NCBI GenBank assembly: GCA_027923505.1
Contig: BROI01000012.1
Span: 434,001 to 498,000 of the forward strand
Source: Mayamaea pseudoterrestris
Lineage: Eukaryota
Reading direction: 5' to 3'
DNA: 64,000 bases
In this document: piece by piece, positions 43,567-53,346 of the stretch
Layout of the letters: each line of letters begins with the position of its first letter
Position numbering within the stretch: the stretch's first letter is position 1
Notes under the pieces: generated by a model
Seen by the model: the letters and a program-made list of their open reading frames with translations, nothing else
What the model was told of the DNA's origin: nothing
Database searches by the model: none
Translations under genes and position numbers: made by a program

Positions 43567-44832
43567 TCAAGCGTGGCTGAAGACGGATTGGTTCTGCGCG
43601 CCAACGACATTATCCACCAGTCCAATTGGAATGATTTCGAAAATGGCTTCCAGTGGCGGAGGAAATTCGTCCTTCCATATCTTTAATCCATCGGCGCAGC
43701 AATATACAGGAACATTATGCTCGCGACCCGCTTGCACCAACCGCTTGCTTCCAACTTTGTTGACGATTGCATTGGGCATCACGCAGTCACACCCAATAAG
43801 TATGAGATTGTAGTGTTGAATCGAGTGGATGAGCTCGTCGTCGTCAGCGGCGCAAGCCTTTTCGTTGTACACTAGTCGAAGCTCCTCGGCCATGAGCTCT
43901 CCTTCGCCGCCAGGAAAGCTCTTGCTACATGTAACAGAAAGACGTACGAAAGATCCACACGCCTCATGAACCTTGTTCAATACAGTTGCGAGCGTCGAGG
44001 ATCGACTGAACGTTGCAATCCGGAACTCTTCGTTTTGACTCGTCGCATCCACATGGCCGCCCCTGGAAGCGTGCCGCTCAGTATGCCATTTTTGGAGCAG
44101 TGCAACAACCGAGTCAACGGCCAGGTTGATAGCTTTTGTAGTCTCCTCTTGAATCATTTTCATAACGTGGTCGGCATCACCAACCTCATCATACAGGTTA
44201 AGAACATTGGTAATGGCCACCATGCTGGGTCGCATCATCTTCATTTGCTTCGGATCAGCGTTCGGATGCACCTTTAGTAGCTCAATCGCCTGTCTTGCCA
44301 TTGTCATTGCTCCGTCTCGTCGATTGCTAGCCCAAGTCCGCACAGAATCTGGCACTGCTTGTAAGTACTGGCCGAAGGTTGCGTGATGGAAGGCTTGCGT
44401 CAGGTTTGGCACTGTCGGATATAGCTGTTCCAATTCTGAAAGAGTAACAAACTTGAATATGTCATGTTCTGTTCCTCGGAGCTCGAGATTCCAGTCGTCG
44501 GGTAGATGCACCAAAAATGGATAGACGCGAAACAAGAATGGAAAAGCGCGTGATTCTGGTGAATCGTTCTGCCGACGTTCCATTGGAGCATCCACAAAAA
44601 GGCCATGCATGGCTCCTGGTTCGACACCACCCTTAATGTACTCTCCCAAGTTCGTTTCTTCATACAATTCTCGCTTGGCTGCTTGCCAGGGCGTTTCGCC
44701 GGCTTCGATGGATCCAGAGCAAGCCGCCCAGTGTGACGCAAACGTTGGCAGCGTTGACCGCCGCAAAAAGACGGCAACTTTCAAGTCCTTGGTCATTATA
44801 AAGCAACTGACAACCCTTTTAATCATCGTCAT
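43567..44832 (-). CDS. NUDIX hydrolase fused to an eIF2B-alpha/beta/delta / MtnA-family (IF-2B) domain
   Basis: Canonical Nudix box GSIEAGETPWQAAKRELYEETNL; RPSMVAI, TFSRSST, SFPGGEG, LIGCDCV...NKVGS and FEIIP are IF-2B family motifs. Confidence 0.85.
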   Translation of the reverse strand: MTMIKRVVSCFIMTKDLKVAVFLRRSTLPTFASHWAACSGSIEAGETPWQAAKRELYEETNLGEYIKGGVEPGAMHGLFVDAPMERRQNDSPESRAFPFLFRVYPFLVHLPDDWNLELRGTEHDIFKFVTLSELEQLYPTVPNLTQAFHHATFGQYLQAVPDSVRTWASNRRDGAMTMARQAIELLKVHPNADPKQMKMMRPSMVAITNVLNLYDEVGDADHVMKMIQEETTKAINLAVDSVVALLQKWHTERHASRGGHVDATSQNEEFRIATFSRSSTLATVLNKVHEACGSFVRLSVTCSKSFPGGEGELMAEELRLVYNEKACAADDDELIHSIQHYNLILIGCDCVMPNAIVNKVGSKRLVQAGREHNVPVYCCADGLKIWKDEFPPPLEAIFEIIPIGLVDNVVGAQNQSVFSHA

Positions 44833-44920
44833 GAGATCTGATTCATGCTACTGCTTGTTGGTGCGTGTACATGATGAGAAGCGATACTGCTGCCAGCCAT
44901 GTTGTAATCCATGATGGCTG

Positions 44921-45130
44921 GACGGAGTTTTCACTGCCACTCGTTTCACGCTATTGCCTAATGACGTAGTTTTCACTGGCACTTGTTTTGTAAAATTGCC
45001 TACTGACGCAGTTTTCACTGGCACTCGTTTCATATTAAAGCCTAATGACGTAGTTTTCACTGGCACTCGTTTCGTATTATAGCCTCATGACGTAGTTTTC
45101 ACTGGCACTCGTTTTGTGCTATTGCCTCAT
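44921..45130 (-). repeat. Tandem array B: five units of exactly 42 bp, reverse-complement related to array A
   Basis: Plus-strand units GACG(T/G/C)AGTTTTCACTGGCACTCGTTT-N9-GCCT(A/C)(A/C)T start at 44921, 44963, 45005, 45047 and 45089. Confidence 0.95.
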
Positions 45131-46068
45131 GACTCATTAAGTGTTTCTCCAGAAGCAAGAATGATTTCGGCGACTCGTTCCTTGGTCGGCCACGAACCGC
45201 GAAGAGATCCATCATGGCTCATGGCTTGCGGCATGCGGCGAGAATGTCAGACCCATGCCTCATCCAGCCATATTCGTAGACGACTTGACAGATTCGTCGC
45301 AAGCTTTTTTTTTGTCACGATCAACTTCGCAATCGCAACCCGCAACCATGCACCTTCATGTAGTTCGTCGGCGCTTGGTCGTTCGCCTCGGCCGAACATA
45401 TTTAAAGCCGTTGGTCAGCCTTTTTAGCTGAGGCTGTAGCCCCTACCTGTTGCAGTTGCGTCTGGCAAGCTCAATGCATTTGCTCGTTTCATGTGCTGCT
45501 GTTTGCTATATAAGGGTCATGTCGTCGCAATACCTGCGAAAAGATGACAATCCATTGTTCTCAACGTCATGGCGAAGAGAAATATTGATTAGACGGCAAA
45601 GGCGAAACGATCTTGTCGATGAGAGATACAATTTCCACAAGCTTCATCCGTAGTCCTTGTTATTTTCTGCAGGATGGCAACGCCAATGAGGATGCGAGGT
45701 GCGATGCAGGGGATCGATAGATCCTTGTTATTGTAGTTTGGACCAACGAATGAATGAGAGCCTCAATGACGCTACAGAAATGTAGAAGAACATTGAAGCG
45801 TATCCCTTCTAACAAATCAATTTCATGCAGCAGATGCGCTGCTGACTCTGCGTTACTTGCTGATGGAATAGTCTCTACAATTACCGCCGACTTGCCTTTG
45901 TGCTGACGTAGAAGACGAGGCGATGCCAGTCGATCTACTTAACTATACTGTAGCGGTACGAGCAGCCAGTAACCCCAATTCATTGTCTATAATATACATT
46001 CTAATCATTTTGCCCTTGCAGCAGCTTGCATCAAACCCCAGACTGTACATAGTGCTCACGATTCGCTA

Positions 46069-47334
46069 TCATTGGTTCTTTCGCATAAACGCATGATAGC
46101 GATGTCGAAAAACAAAGTCTTCCTCAAAAGCAATCGAGTTTGCGTCAATATTCCAGTCATGCAAGTCAATGTTGGACTTGAAAAAGGATTGGTAAATTCC
46201 ACCGCCGTCGTACAAGCTTTCGCAGAGTGGATACGAAACATGCTCCAGTATAATCGGAGCACCTGGCTTTGCAATGCGAATCATTTCATCGAGCTGTGTT
46301 CGATACCATGCATTTTGCTTATGCTGCGCGTCGTCACTCAGCGCATAGTTGTCTGGATCAACGTCCTTCTTTGCCTCGCAAAGCTCCACGTACTTGCCGT
46401 ACAATTCACTGGAACTGCCAACGTCCAAGCCAAGCGGATTCGCAAGCGGGTCGATTCCGCCGCTAATGACAATGTCCATGGAGTTGTCGGGAATATGAGG
46501 AATGCTCGTCGGATCAGCTTGACAGACGAGACCAAAGGTTACTCGCCCAGGTAGTATGGAGGAGTCGAGCAGCTGGTTCGCGACTCGTACTGCGTCGGCA
46601 TTCTCGTCGCTCCCATAAATGACAAGCCCTCGGAAACCTTCTTGCTGTAACAAGTCGATCGTCATGTAAAGGTTTAGTCCCTTTCCGCAGGAAGACTCGT
46701 AGATTGACATGTTGTCCGAAACGTTCGGTATCAAGTATTTTTGTCGAAAATGACGCATTCCCCGTTGAACGTCGTCGTAAGAATGACCCCAGCTGTCAAA
46801 ACCTTGCAGCTTTTGAAAGATTCGCAAGTATTCGGAAACGTTGCTGCTAATTTCCTTGCTCCTTGAATCGTACCAAGTGATTGGTTGCTGCTGGTCGGAG
46901 GTCGTTAATTGTTTTAAATGAGCCGCGACTGAATTCTCGTCAAAAGCGGGACAGGTAATGTCGAGTCGCGAATCATACATCTTTATCAAGTAGTCCTCCT
47001 CTTTTGTTGCAGACATTGGCGGTTTTGAGGAAGATTCGTCGTTCTCTTCGTCGACCGAATCGGTCGCAACTGAATCAGCGCTCAATCCATTGAGACTACT
47101 AGCTTTTCGTATCACATCTGGCAGTATAATCGGAGCAACCCAATGACATGCTAGAATACTCAAGACGAGGAGACTGCACATGAGCTTGAAGGAAGGCCGT
47201 CGATGATGAGAATGCGCGCCGTGCGGCGATGGTCGCTTGGGCGACGAAGGCGGCGATGATGATGAACGTATCAGTTGATTTATCTCGGCGTCAAGCGAGT
47301 CGATCTCCTCGCCATCATCCATTTCCAAAGACAT
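46069..47334 (-). CDS. Type II membrane SAM-dependent methyltransferase-like protein
   Basis: TM helix near the N-terminus; IYESSCGKGLNL (motif I), IYGSD, IPDNSMDIV, MIRIAKPGAPI. Confidence 0.75.
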   Translation of the reverse strand: MSLEMDDGEEIDSLDAEINQLIRSSSSPPSSPKRPSPHGAHSHHRRPSFKLMCSLLVLSILACHWVAPIILPDVIRKASSLNGLSADSVATDSVDEENDESSSKPPMSATKEEDYLIKMYDSRLDITCPAFDENSVAAHLKQLTTSDQQQPITWYDSRSKEISSNVSEYLRIFQKLQGFDSWGHSYDDVQRGMRHFRQKYLIPNVSDNMSIYESSCGKGLNLYMTIDLLQQEGFRGLVIYGSDENADAVRVANQLLDSSILPGRVTFGLVCQADPTSIPHIPDNSMDIVISGGIDPLANPLGLDVGSSSELYGKYVELCEAKKDVDPDNYALSDDAQHKQNAWYRTQLDEMIRIAKPGAPIILEHVSYPLCESLYDGGGIYQSFFKSNIDLHDWNIDANSIAFEEDFVFRHRYHAFMRKNQ

Positions 47335-47711
47335 TACAGATCGAGTATTTTGTCTATTAAGCTATTCGCGGATGTACTATTCGTTTCATCTCCATGGTTG
47401 TGACGAGGTAGAGGTTTGATGGGTTCATGCGTTGCGAACGAATCTCGAGGGCGTCGGCGCGCGTGCCATGCCGACCTCGACCACGCGACTCCGAGTCATG
47501 AGCTATCTTATTACCGGTAAGACCTGTCGCACCTCACAGCCACCGAATTCACAGTCAGCGCGCCATGGCGATCTTCGACTTGACGTCTCGTGTTTGTTGA
47601 GCTGGACGAGAAAGCTTTGCGCATCCGCTGGACTCTCGCCAAGCAACTGAATCGTATATATACAGCTTCCATTATCGTGGTTGTATCGAATAGCTCTTAA
47701 ATTAACTCGCC

Positions 47712-48686
47712 ATGCTGCATCCATCTGCATCATTCACCTTCCTCCTCGCGAGCAGCTGTTGCTGCTTGATGGGATTGACGAGTGCCTTTCTTCCGTCAAG
47801 ACCTTCTTCAACTCCACTATTCATCCCATCAAAAAGATTACAATCCATAGAATCCTCTACAAGTCTCTACGCGCGCGGAAGACCCGATCGCAACAAGGGA
47901 CCTGACGTTCAAGAAAAGGATCTGCCAACCATGAACGAAGCAATCACTGCACCTCAACTCCGCGTCATTACGCCAAACCCAAAGGGCAAGGATGATGCTC
48001 TTGGCGTCATGACTAGAGCCGAAGCCTTGCAAAAGGCTCAAGACATGGGAAACTTGGATTTGATTCTCATTAATCCAACGTCTGATCCACCCGTTTGCAA
48101 AATTGTCGACTATCAAAAGTTTAGATACTCGCAGGAAAAGAAGGCCAAGGAGCAGCGTAAAAATAGCAAGACGGTAGAAGTCAAGGAGATTAAAATGTCA
48201 TACAAAATTGATGTTCATGACTATGATGTTCGTCGCAAGAGTGCATTAAAGTTCTTGCGTCAGGGCAATCGCGTCAAGTGCACTGTCATGTTTCGGGGAC
48301 GAGAGGTGCAGCATGATGCGCTCGGTTACGAGCTACTTGACAAGCTGGCAGTAGATTTGGAAGAGACTTGCTTGAAGGAAGGTAGACCGAAGAAGGAGGG
48401 CCGGAACTTGTCGTTGATTCTTGGACCAAGGCCAGAAGTGTTAAAGGCAGTCAATGACAATCGCAAGCGTGACATGGCGCTCAAGCGAAAGTCAAAGGAA
48501 GATACACAGCAGCAAAAGGTTGTTTTAGCGGATGGGACCGAGGCAGAATTGGACTTGTCATTGAGTGAGGAAGATGCTGAAGATGACTATGACGACGACT
48601 TTGACGATGATGATGAAGACGACGACGATGAGAGTTTGGAATCACTTTTGGGAAGCGACGATTTGACTGACGCTCTTTTTGGTTAA
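47712..48686 (+). CDS. infC: Plastid translation initiation factor IF-3
   Basis: TSA-FLP bipartite leader; NEAITAPQLRVI, PPVCKIVDYQKFRY, KIDVHDY, VMFRGRE. Confidence 0.92.
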   Translation: MLHPSASFTFLLASSCCCLMGLTSAFLPSRPSSTPLFIPSKRLQSIESSTSLYARGRPDRNKGPDVQEKDLPTMNEAITAPQLRVITPNPKGKDDALGVMTRAEALQKAQDMGNLDLILINPTSDPPVCKIVDYQKFRYSQEKKAKEQRKNSKTVEVKEIKMSYKIDVHDYDVRRKSALKFLRQGNRVKCTVMFRGREVQHDALGYELLDKLAVDLEETCLKEGRPKKEGRNLSLILGPRPEVLKAVNDNRKRDMALKRKSKEDTQQQKVVLADGTEAELDLSLSEEDAEDDYDDDFDDDDEDDDDESLESLLGSDDLTDALFG

Positions 48687-48776
48687 ACTTGACAAGCAGT
48701 GCTTAAAAAGATAGAGACTTGTGAGTACGACATGCATGGTCAAGTTAACAACGTAGTTAGTTTAAGTATACGCACG

Positions 48777-50771
48777 CTAATTATCTTCCGCCACGACGAT
48801 ATCGTCATCGTCCTTGAAGGCGTAAGGATTATCTGCCTCGCCATCAGATTCATTTGAAGCTAGCTTTAAACCAAAGCCATCCTTTCGCTTACCTTGCGCA
48901 TGTGCCAACACTTGGTCCCAATAATGCTCCACGCCCTTTGATTTTAAAGCTTTTCGAGCCTGGTCAGATGTTTCGCACGCTTGGAACGAAAAGCCTTTGA
49001 ACAAACGCTTCACCACCATGCCTCGCCAAACCAACTCACACTTATTGTCTGGATTGAACTTTGTCGTTACATGATTCGCATCCCCGTCCTCGCCGAGGCC
49101 GCTAGCGTCAGCTATGCTATCATCGTCATCATCATCGGCCGCATCGTCTGAACCATTCCATTTCATACGCACCAACATTAACCGACAAAACCGTGCAATG
49201 GCTTTGGGGCCACCTTCACAAACAACACATGCCAGTTTTGGATTGTCGCATTCCAATATTCCACCCGAAATGCAAAGTTGCTGCGCGTTCAAGTCCACCT
49301 TGGCACGATGGTATGGATGCGACATGTCCTTGACGTAAAAGACTGCAACATGCACACCAGCCGAAGTATCTTCCTGCAGTTTCTTGGCCCGTTTCTCAGC
49401 TCGTTCCTCCTTGGTAAGTTTTTGGCGCTCATTGCGTTCTAAATGTGCACTCTGTCGCTTGTGCATTTGCTCAGCCACCTTTTGCTCCATTTGACTCGGA
49501 TCCAAGTACGCTTGATCGCCGATAACCTGAATAAAGTTACGTAGCGTCAGTCGGGGCTCTGGCGCTGCAATTAAGCCGGCGGCTTGCAAATCCTGTAACT
49601 CTCGTTGCTTGGCTTGGCGACGAAGCTTACGTTGACGCTTGAGTTCCTTTTTGGTCAAATGCAAGACAGGCGGTTGTGTCGATTCGACAAAATGTGGCGG
49701 TCGAATGGGAACAATGTGCTGAACCAAAGAAGCAGTCTTGGAATTCATCAAGGAGGCCTGCTCGAAACATGACTGGAAGAGTCGTGCCGTCAATGAAGAT
49801 TGATCTGCGTCAACAGTTGTCTCAGTCAAAGGTGCTTTGTCAGCGTCGCCCACTGTTGCTGCTTGCAACGTCATCATGGCAGCCCTTGATCGCTTGGTAA
49901 GCAACTGCGCTTCCTCCGCAGCTACTAGTTTCTTTAGTTTGGATGGAAGCAACTCCACATCCCACCACTCCATTGTCAACGGCATGTTTCTATCTGGATT
50001 AGCATCTACACGTGGCGGCAAATATAAATCATCGTCTCGCGCGCTTCCCGCGTAATAATCAGTCGAAGATGCTCCGCCTGCCCATGTATTACTAGCGTGA
50101 ATGGTATGACCAGTTTTGCGTCCACTAACGTAACCAGACGCTTGTGCCTTTGCTGCCAAATGCCGCTTTCTTTCTGCCAACTCTTGATAATAGCCTGGTT
50201 CGACAAAAGATAGCTCCTTGTGGCGCTGCCTTGGTTTGGCAGCTCTTGCAAGCAAAGGATCGTAGACGAGGTCACGCTCGTCTTGTTGCTCGATGAGTGT
50301 TTCTTCAACATTTTCTTGGTGGGCTAGGTAAGGATTACTCTTTGGTTTGGCTGCTTCTACTGTTACTCTCGCGCCGTCTCCTTTGGTTACACTCTCAAAT
50401 TCCCTCTTGTATGTTGGTGCCGTTTGTGAGAGATCCAAATCAAAGTGTTTCGCTCGCTTGGCCCCCATGATATGCGGTGCAGTCTCATCGGGAGCGGAAC
50501 GCTTGAGTGCTGCTGCTGTCGTCGTTGGAATTGTAGCGCTGGCCTTGCTCTTGGCCGCTGCGAGACGAGCCCGTATACTCTCCTGCATGGCTAGAACTTT
50601 CGCTTTGGCATCTGTTGCAGTCGCTGTTACTGTTATTGCGGCTTGTACAGTTTCTGCTCCAGCGGAAGGTTTGATAGCCTCACCCCATCGCTTCTTGCGA
50701 GCCCGAGGCGCTGTTGTCTCATTACTGGAGGATCCTGCAGCAGGTGATGCCTTGTATTCATCGACCGCCAT
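48777..50771 (-). CDS. PRP3: U4/U6 snRNP splicing factor Prp3
   Basis: RKKRWG, FVEPG, EWWD, LHLTKKELKRQRK, GLIAAPEPRL, HLERNERQKLT, KVDLNAQQL, EGGPKA, NKCELVWRG. Confidence 0.92.
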   Translation of the reverse strand: MAVDEYKASPAAGSSSNETTAPRARKKRWGEAIKPSAGAETVQAAITVTATATDAKAKVLAMQESIRARLAAAKSKASATIPTTTAAALKRSAPDETAPHIMGAKRAKHFDLDLSQTAPTYKREFESVTKGDGARVTVEAAKPKSNPYLAHQENVEETLIEQQDERDLVYDPLLARAAKPRQRHKELSFVEPGYYQELAERKRHLAAKAQASGYVSGRKTGHTIHASNTWAGGASSTDYYAGSARDDDLYLPPRVDANPDRNMPLTMEWWDVELLPSKLKKLVAAEEAQLLTKRSRAAMMTLQAATVGDADKAPLTETTVDADQSSLTARLFQSCFEQASLMNSKTASLVQHIVPIRPPHFVESTQPPVLHLTKKELKRQRKLRRQAKQRELQDLQAAGLIAAPEPRLTLRNFIQVIGDQAYLDPSQMEQKVAEQMHKRQSAHLERNERQKLTKEERAEKRAKKLQEDTSAGVHVAVFYVKDMSHPYHRAKVDLNAQQLCISGGILECDNPKLACVVCEGGPKAIARFCRLMLVRMKWNGSDDAADDDDDDSIADASGLGEDGDANHVTTKFNPDNKCELVWRGMVVKRLFKGFSFQACETSDQARKALKSKGVEHYWDQVLAHAQGKRKDGFGLKLASNESDGEADNPYAFKDDDDIVVAEDN

Positions 50772-51415
50772 GGTGACTGTAATACTCTTTCAAGTTGTTA
50801 CGCTGCTTGTATGTAACGTTACAGCTACGTAGCTAATGCACGAGAAAAACTGCAGCTTCACGATTAATGGCTCTCATGGTGGTTTCGCGAGATGCAGCAG
50901 CAAGGTGATGTAGTAACGGTGCGAAGCTTATACGACATCGCAGCTATGTCGCCATCGACAGTAGTACTGTAGGGAACACGCCAGCAATTCCGCCAAGAAA
51001 GCCATTTGCGTGTGCCAAAGCAAATGGACCATGTTGGAGCAGACTACAAGCTTATCACTTTGAATTACCGATAGCGCCGCAAGAGTCATGCCAGGTCACG
51101 ATACAAATATATTGTGCCGGCACGGAGGTTCCCTGCTTTCCCATGCCCTTCCACATCGTTAGTAGCAAATGCACGCAAAGTTTTCTACAGGCCTAGTCGT
51201 CACTAAAAGATGACCTGATCGATACAATGCCATGTCGCGGCCCAGTACTTGGTGTTCTGTATGTATGAAGTTGCTCGCCGCATGCATTCGAGTACTCGAA
51301 ATCTCACTTCAGTCCGCATGGACGATCTTCATGAGTGTATAAGTTAAAGTAAATTCATAGTACACAAACACTATCATAATATGCGAGCCACAACCATCCA
51401 ACCAATTTCGCATAA

Positions 51416-52588
51416 TTATATTCCTGCAATATGATTGCCAACAAACTCAAGCAAATGACTCCAACAACTCTTAAGTAACTTTGGATAAGGGTGTCGTTTG
51501 CAGCGCTGAATGCGAGGGTCCACGTTTTTGCCAATGTGGATGCAGTTAAGGCATTCGCGACGAAATCCGTGCTTGGGCTTAACCCAGTAGGGTGGTACAA
51601 TGGAGAGAGTCGCGTCGTCGTCGCCGTCATCGTCGATGATAATACGTTCGACAACCTGCGGAGGCGCCTTCTTGTCCTTGGAGAGGCAAATGGCATCCAA
51701 CTCCGTCTGAAAGGTGCTCGTATCATGCAACTTACTCTCCAAGTTCGTCGTCTTTGTCTCCAAGTTTGTCTCCAAGTTCGTCTTCTTTAAAAAACAGTCG
51801 TCAATGTTCAGGTCGTGCTTAGCCAGAAGGGCCTTAAGACCACTATCCGACGCCTCTATTTTGGCGAGCTCATCCTTCATCCAACCCGGCTCCATGTTCG
51901 TCAAACTTTGCTCCTTGTTCGTCCAACTTTGCTCCTTGTTTTTAGCACTAAGGGACTTGAGCTCACTAAGCTCTTTACGCATCGAATGAATTAGGGAGTG
52001 CTCATCCTTCGTCCAGCGCGGCTCATCGTTCGTCCAGCGCATGAGCTGCTTCATGACAACTGGGAGAGATAATTCAACTCCAGCCACATTCTCCTCCGCA
52101 GCAGCAACGGACAAGTTTTCATTTTCACCGGTCGTTTTGGGTCCGGCTTGTTCAAACGGAGAGACATTAAACTTGTTTATCCAGCGCATGAACCAGTTCA
52201 CGACGACTGGGACGGTTAATCCAACTCCAGCCAAATCCTCCTCCGCAGCAGCAGTAGTAGCAGCGTCGAACTCTCCATCTTCGCCCGTCGTCTTGGGTCC
52301 AGCTTTTTCGAACGGAGGGAAAGTAAACTTGCACTGCTTCTTGTTTGACCCGTCGTCGACGTCCAGATATTCGGAAAGCGACGGAGGCAACTTCTCGCTT
52401 GTAGAAAGGGCGAAGTACTCCTTGTATGCCTTTAGTTCCATCTCCAAATTCTTGATGTGAGTTTTGTACTCGTTTTCAGTGGACGAAGGATGAGCGGTTT
52501 GCGTCGACGATTGCGTCCCTCCAAGTTCCTGTCGCGATCGGAGATATAGGATAAAGTGAGTCAAGTTGTCATGCGCGCGTGTGTTCAA
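51416..52588 (-). CDS. Hypothetical protein with an internal ~48-aa duplication and Cys/His-rich C-terminus; 5' structure uncertain
   Basis: 390-aa ORF containing two PFE(K/Q)AGPKTTGE...AAAEE..AGV.L..PVV...MRW blocks. A probable intron (about 52529-52595) lies at the 5' end. Confidence 0.5.
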   Translation of the reverse strand: MNTRAHDNLTHFILYLRSRQELGGTQSSTQTAHPSSTENEYKTHIKNLEMELKAYKEYFALSTSEKLPPSLSEYLDVDDGSNKKQCKFTFPPFEKAGPKTTGEDGEFDAATTAAAEEDLAGVGLTVPVVVNWFMRWINKFNVSPFEQAGPKTTGENENLSVAAAEENVAGVELSLPVVMKQLMRWTNDEPRWTKDEHSLIHSMRKELSELKSLSAKNKEQSWTNKEQSLTNMEPGWMKDELAKIEASDSGLKALLAKHDLNIDDCFLKKTNLETNLETKTTNLESKLHDTSTFQTELDAICLSKDKKAPPQVVERIIIDDDGDDDATLSIVPPYWVKPKHGFRRECLNCIHIGKNVDPRIQRCKRHPYPKLLKSCWSHLLEFVGNHIAGI

Positions 52589-53346
52589 TACTCACCAAGT
52601 GCATGTGCATGTCGCGCGTTTGCTTGGGCGGCGCCAACCCTCATGCTCGACATTTGGTTTGGATAGCGACTTACACTTGTCATCGGATATCGGATCCGTC
52701 GTCTCATTCGGAAACATCGCTGGGTGCGCGGTGCGCGGCGCCGTGAGATCAATGGACATGATTGAAGAGTGTTACTGTAAAAGCTGGCTAGTATATGAAG
52801 CTCAAACTAAACAAGAGCGATTGTCATGGTCGCGCAGATGATCAAACCGCAGCGGCGGGTCGGCGTTTGGCGAAGCAGACTTGCACATTCGCGTAACGGA
52901 TTTTCAGTGACGCATCCGTGTCGCAGCGACATAGGCGCGAAGCCGGGGAACAATCATGCAATGTAGCTACCGGTAGTTTTTTATGCTTGCTCCATGGCAA
53001 ACAACTGAGGGAGACCTTCCTGCTGCAATGCTTCATCTCCATGGCCGGATTCCATCGGTTTCTGTCACAGCAAATCTCAGGTTTGCGTCAATGGCCTATT
53101 AGGGTGCACAGTCAATGAAAAGGCCTATGATACACACAAAAAATGAGACGATCACGGAATCACGCTGAGACACTAAGAAGTTTTCCATTTGAAAACGATC
53201 GTGACGCTTGTTCGAAAGAGGCTCGCTGTCGACAATCGCATGACGTGAACAACCACCATCAACCTAAAAGAAAAGAGGGCCATGGGAGAGTTCTTGCTTC
53301 TCTCGTGACCACTTCTTTGTCGTTTTCATCGAGAATTTGCTTCATC

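Noticed and set aside
6531..44832. Functional link between eIF2B-gamma and the IF-2B-domain fusion
   Set aside because: They are 35 kb apart with unrelated genes between; the fusion is not a canonical eIF2B subunit, so this is likely coincidence.
39121..45130. Calling the 42-bp arrays CRISPR
   Set aside because: There are no unique 25-40-nt spacers, no cas genes, and the context is eukaryotic; the units are head-to-tail tandem repeats.
39060..45180. Intact composite transposon bounded by the arrays
   Set aside because: No transposase, no terminal inverted repeat beyond the arrays and no target-site duplication could be seen; kept only as a hypothesis.
45450..45900. Possible gene remnant with a splice acceptor near 45672
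   Set aside because: Short frames with stops and no identifiable homology.
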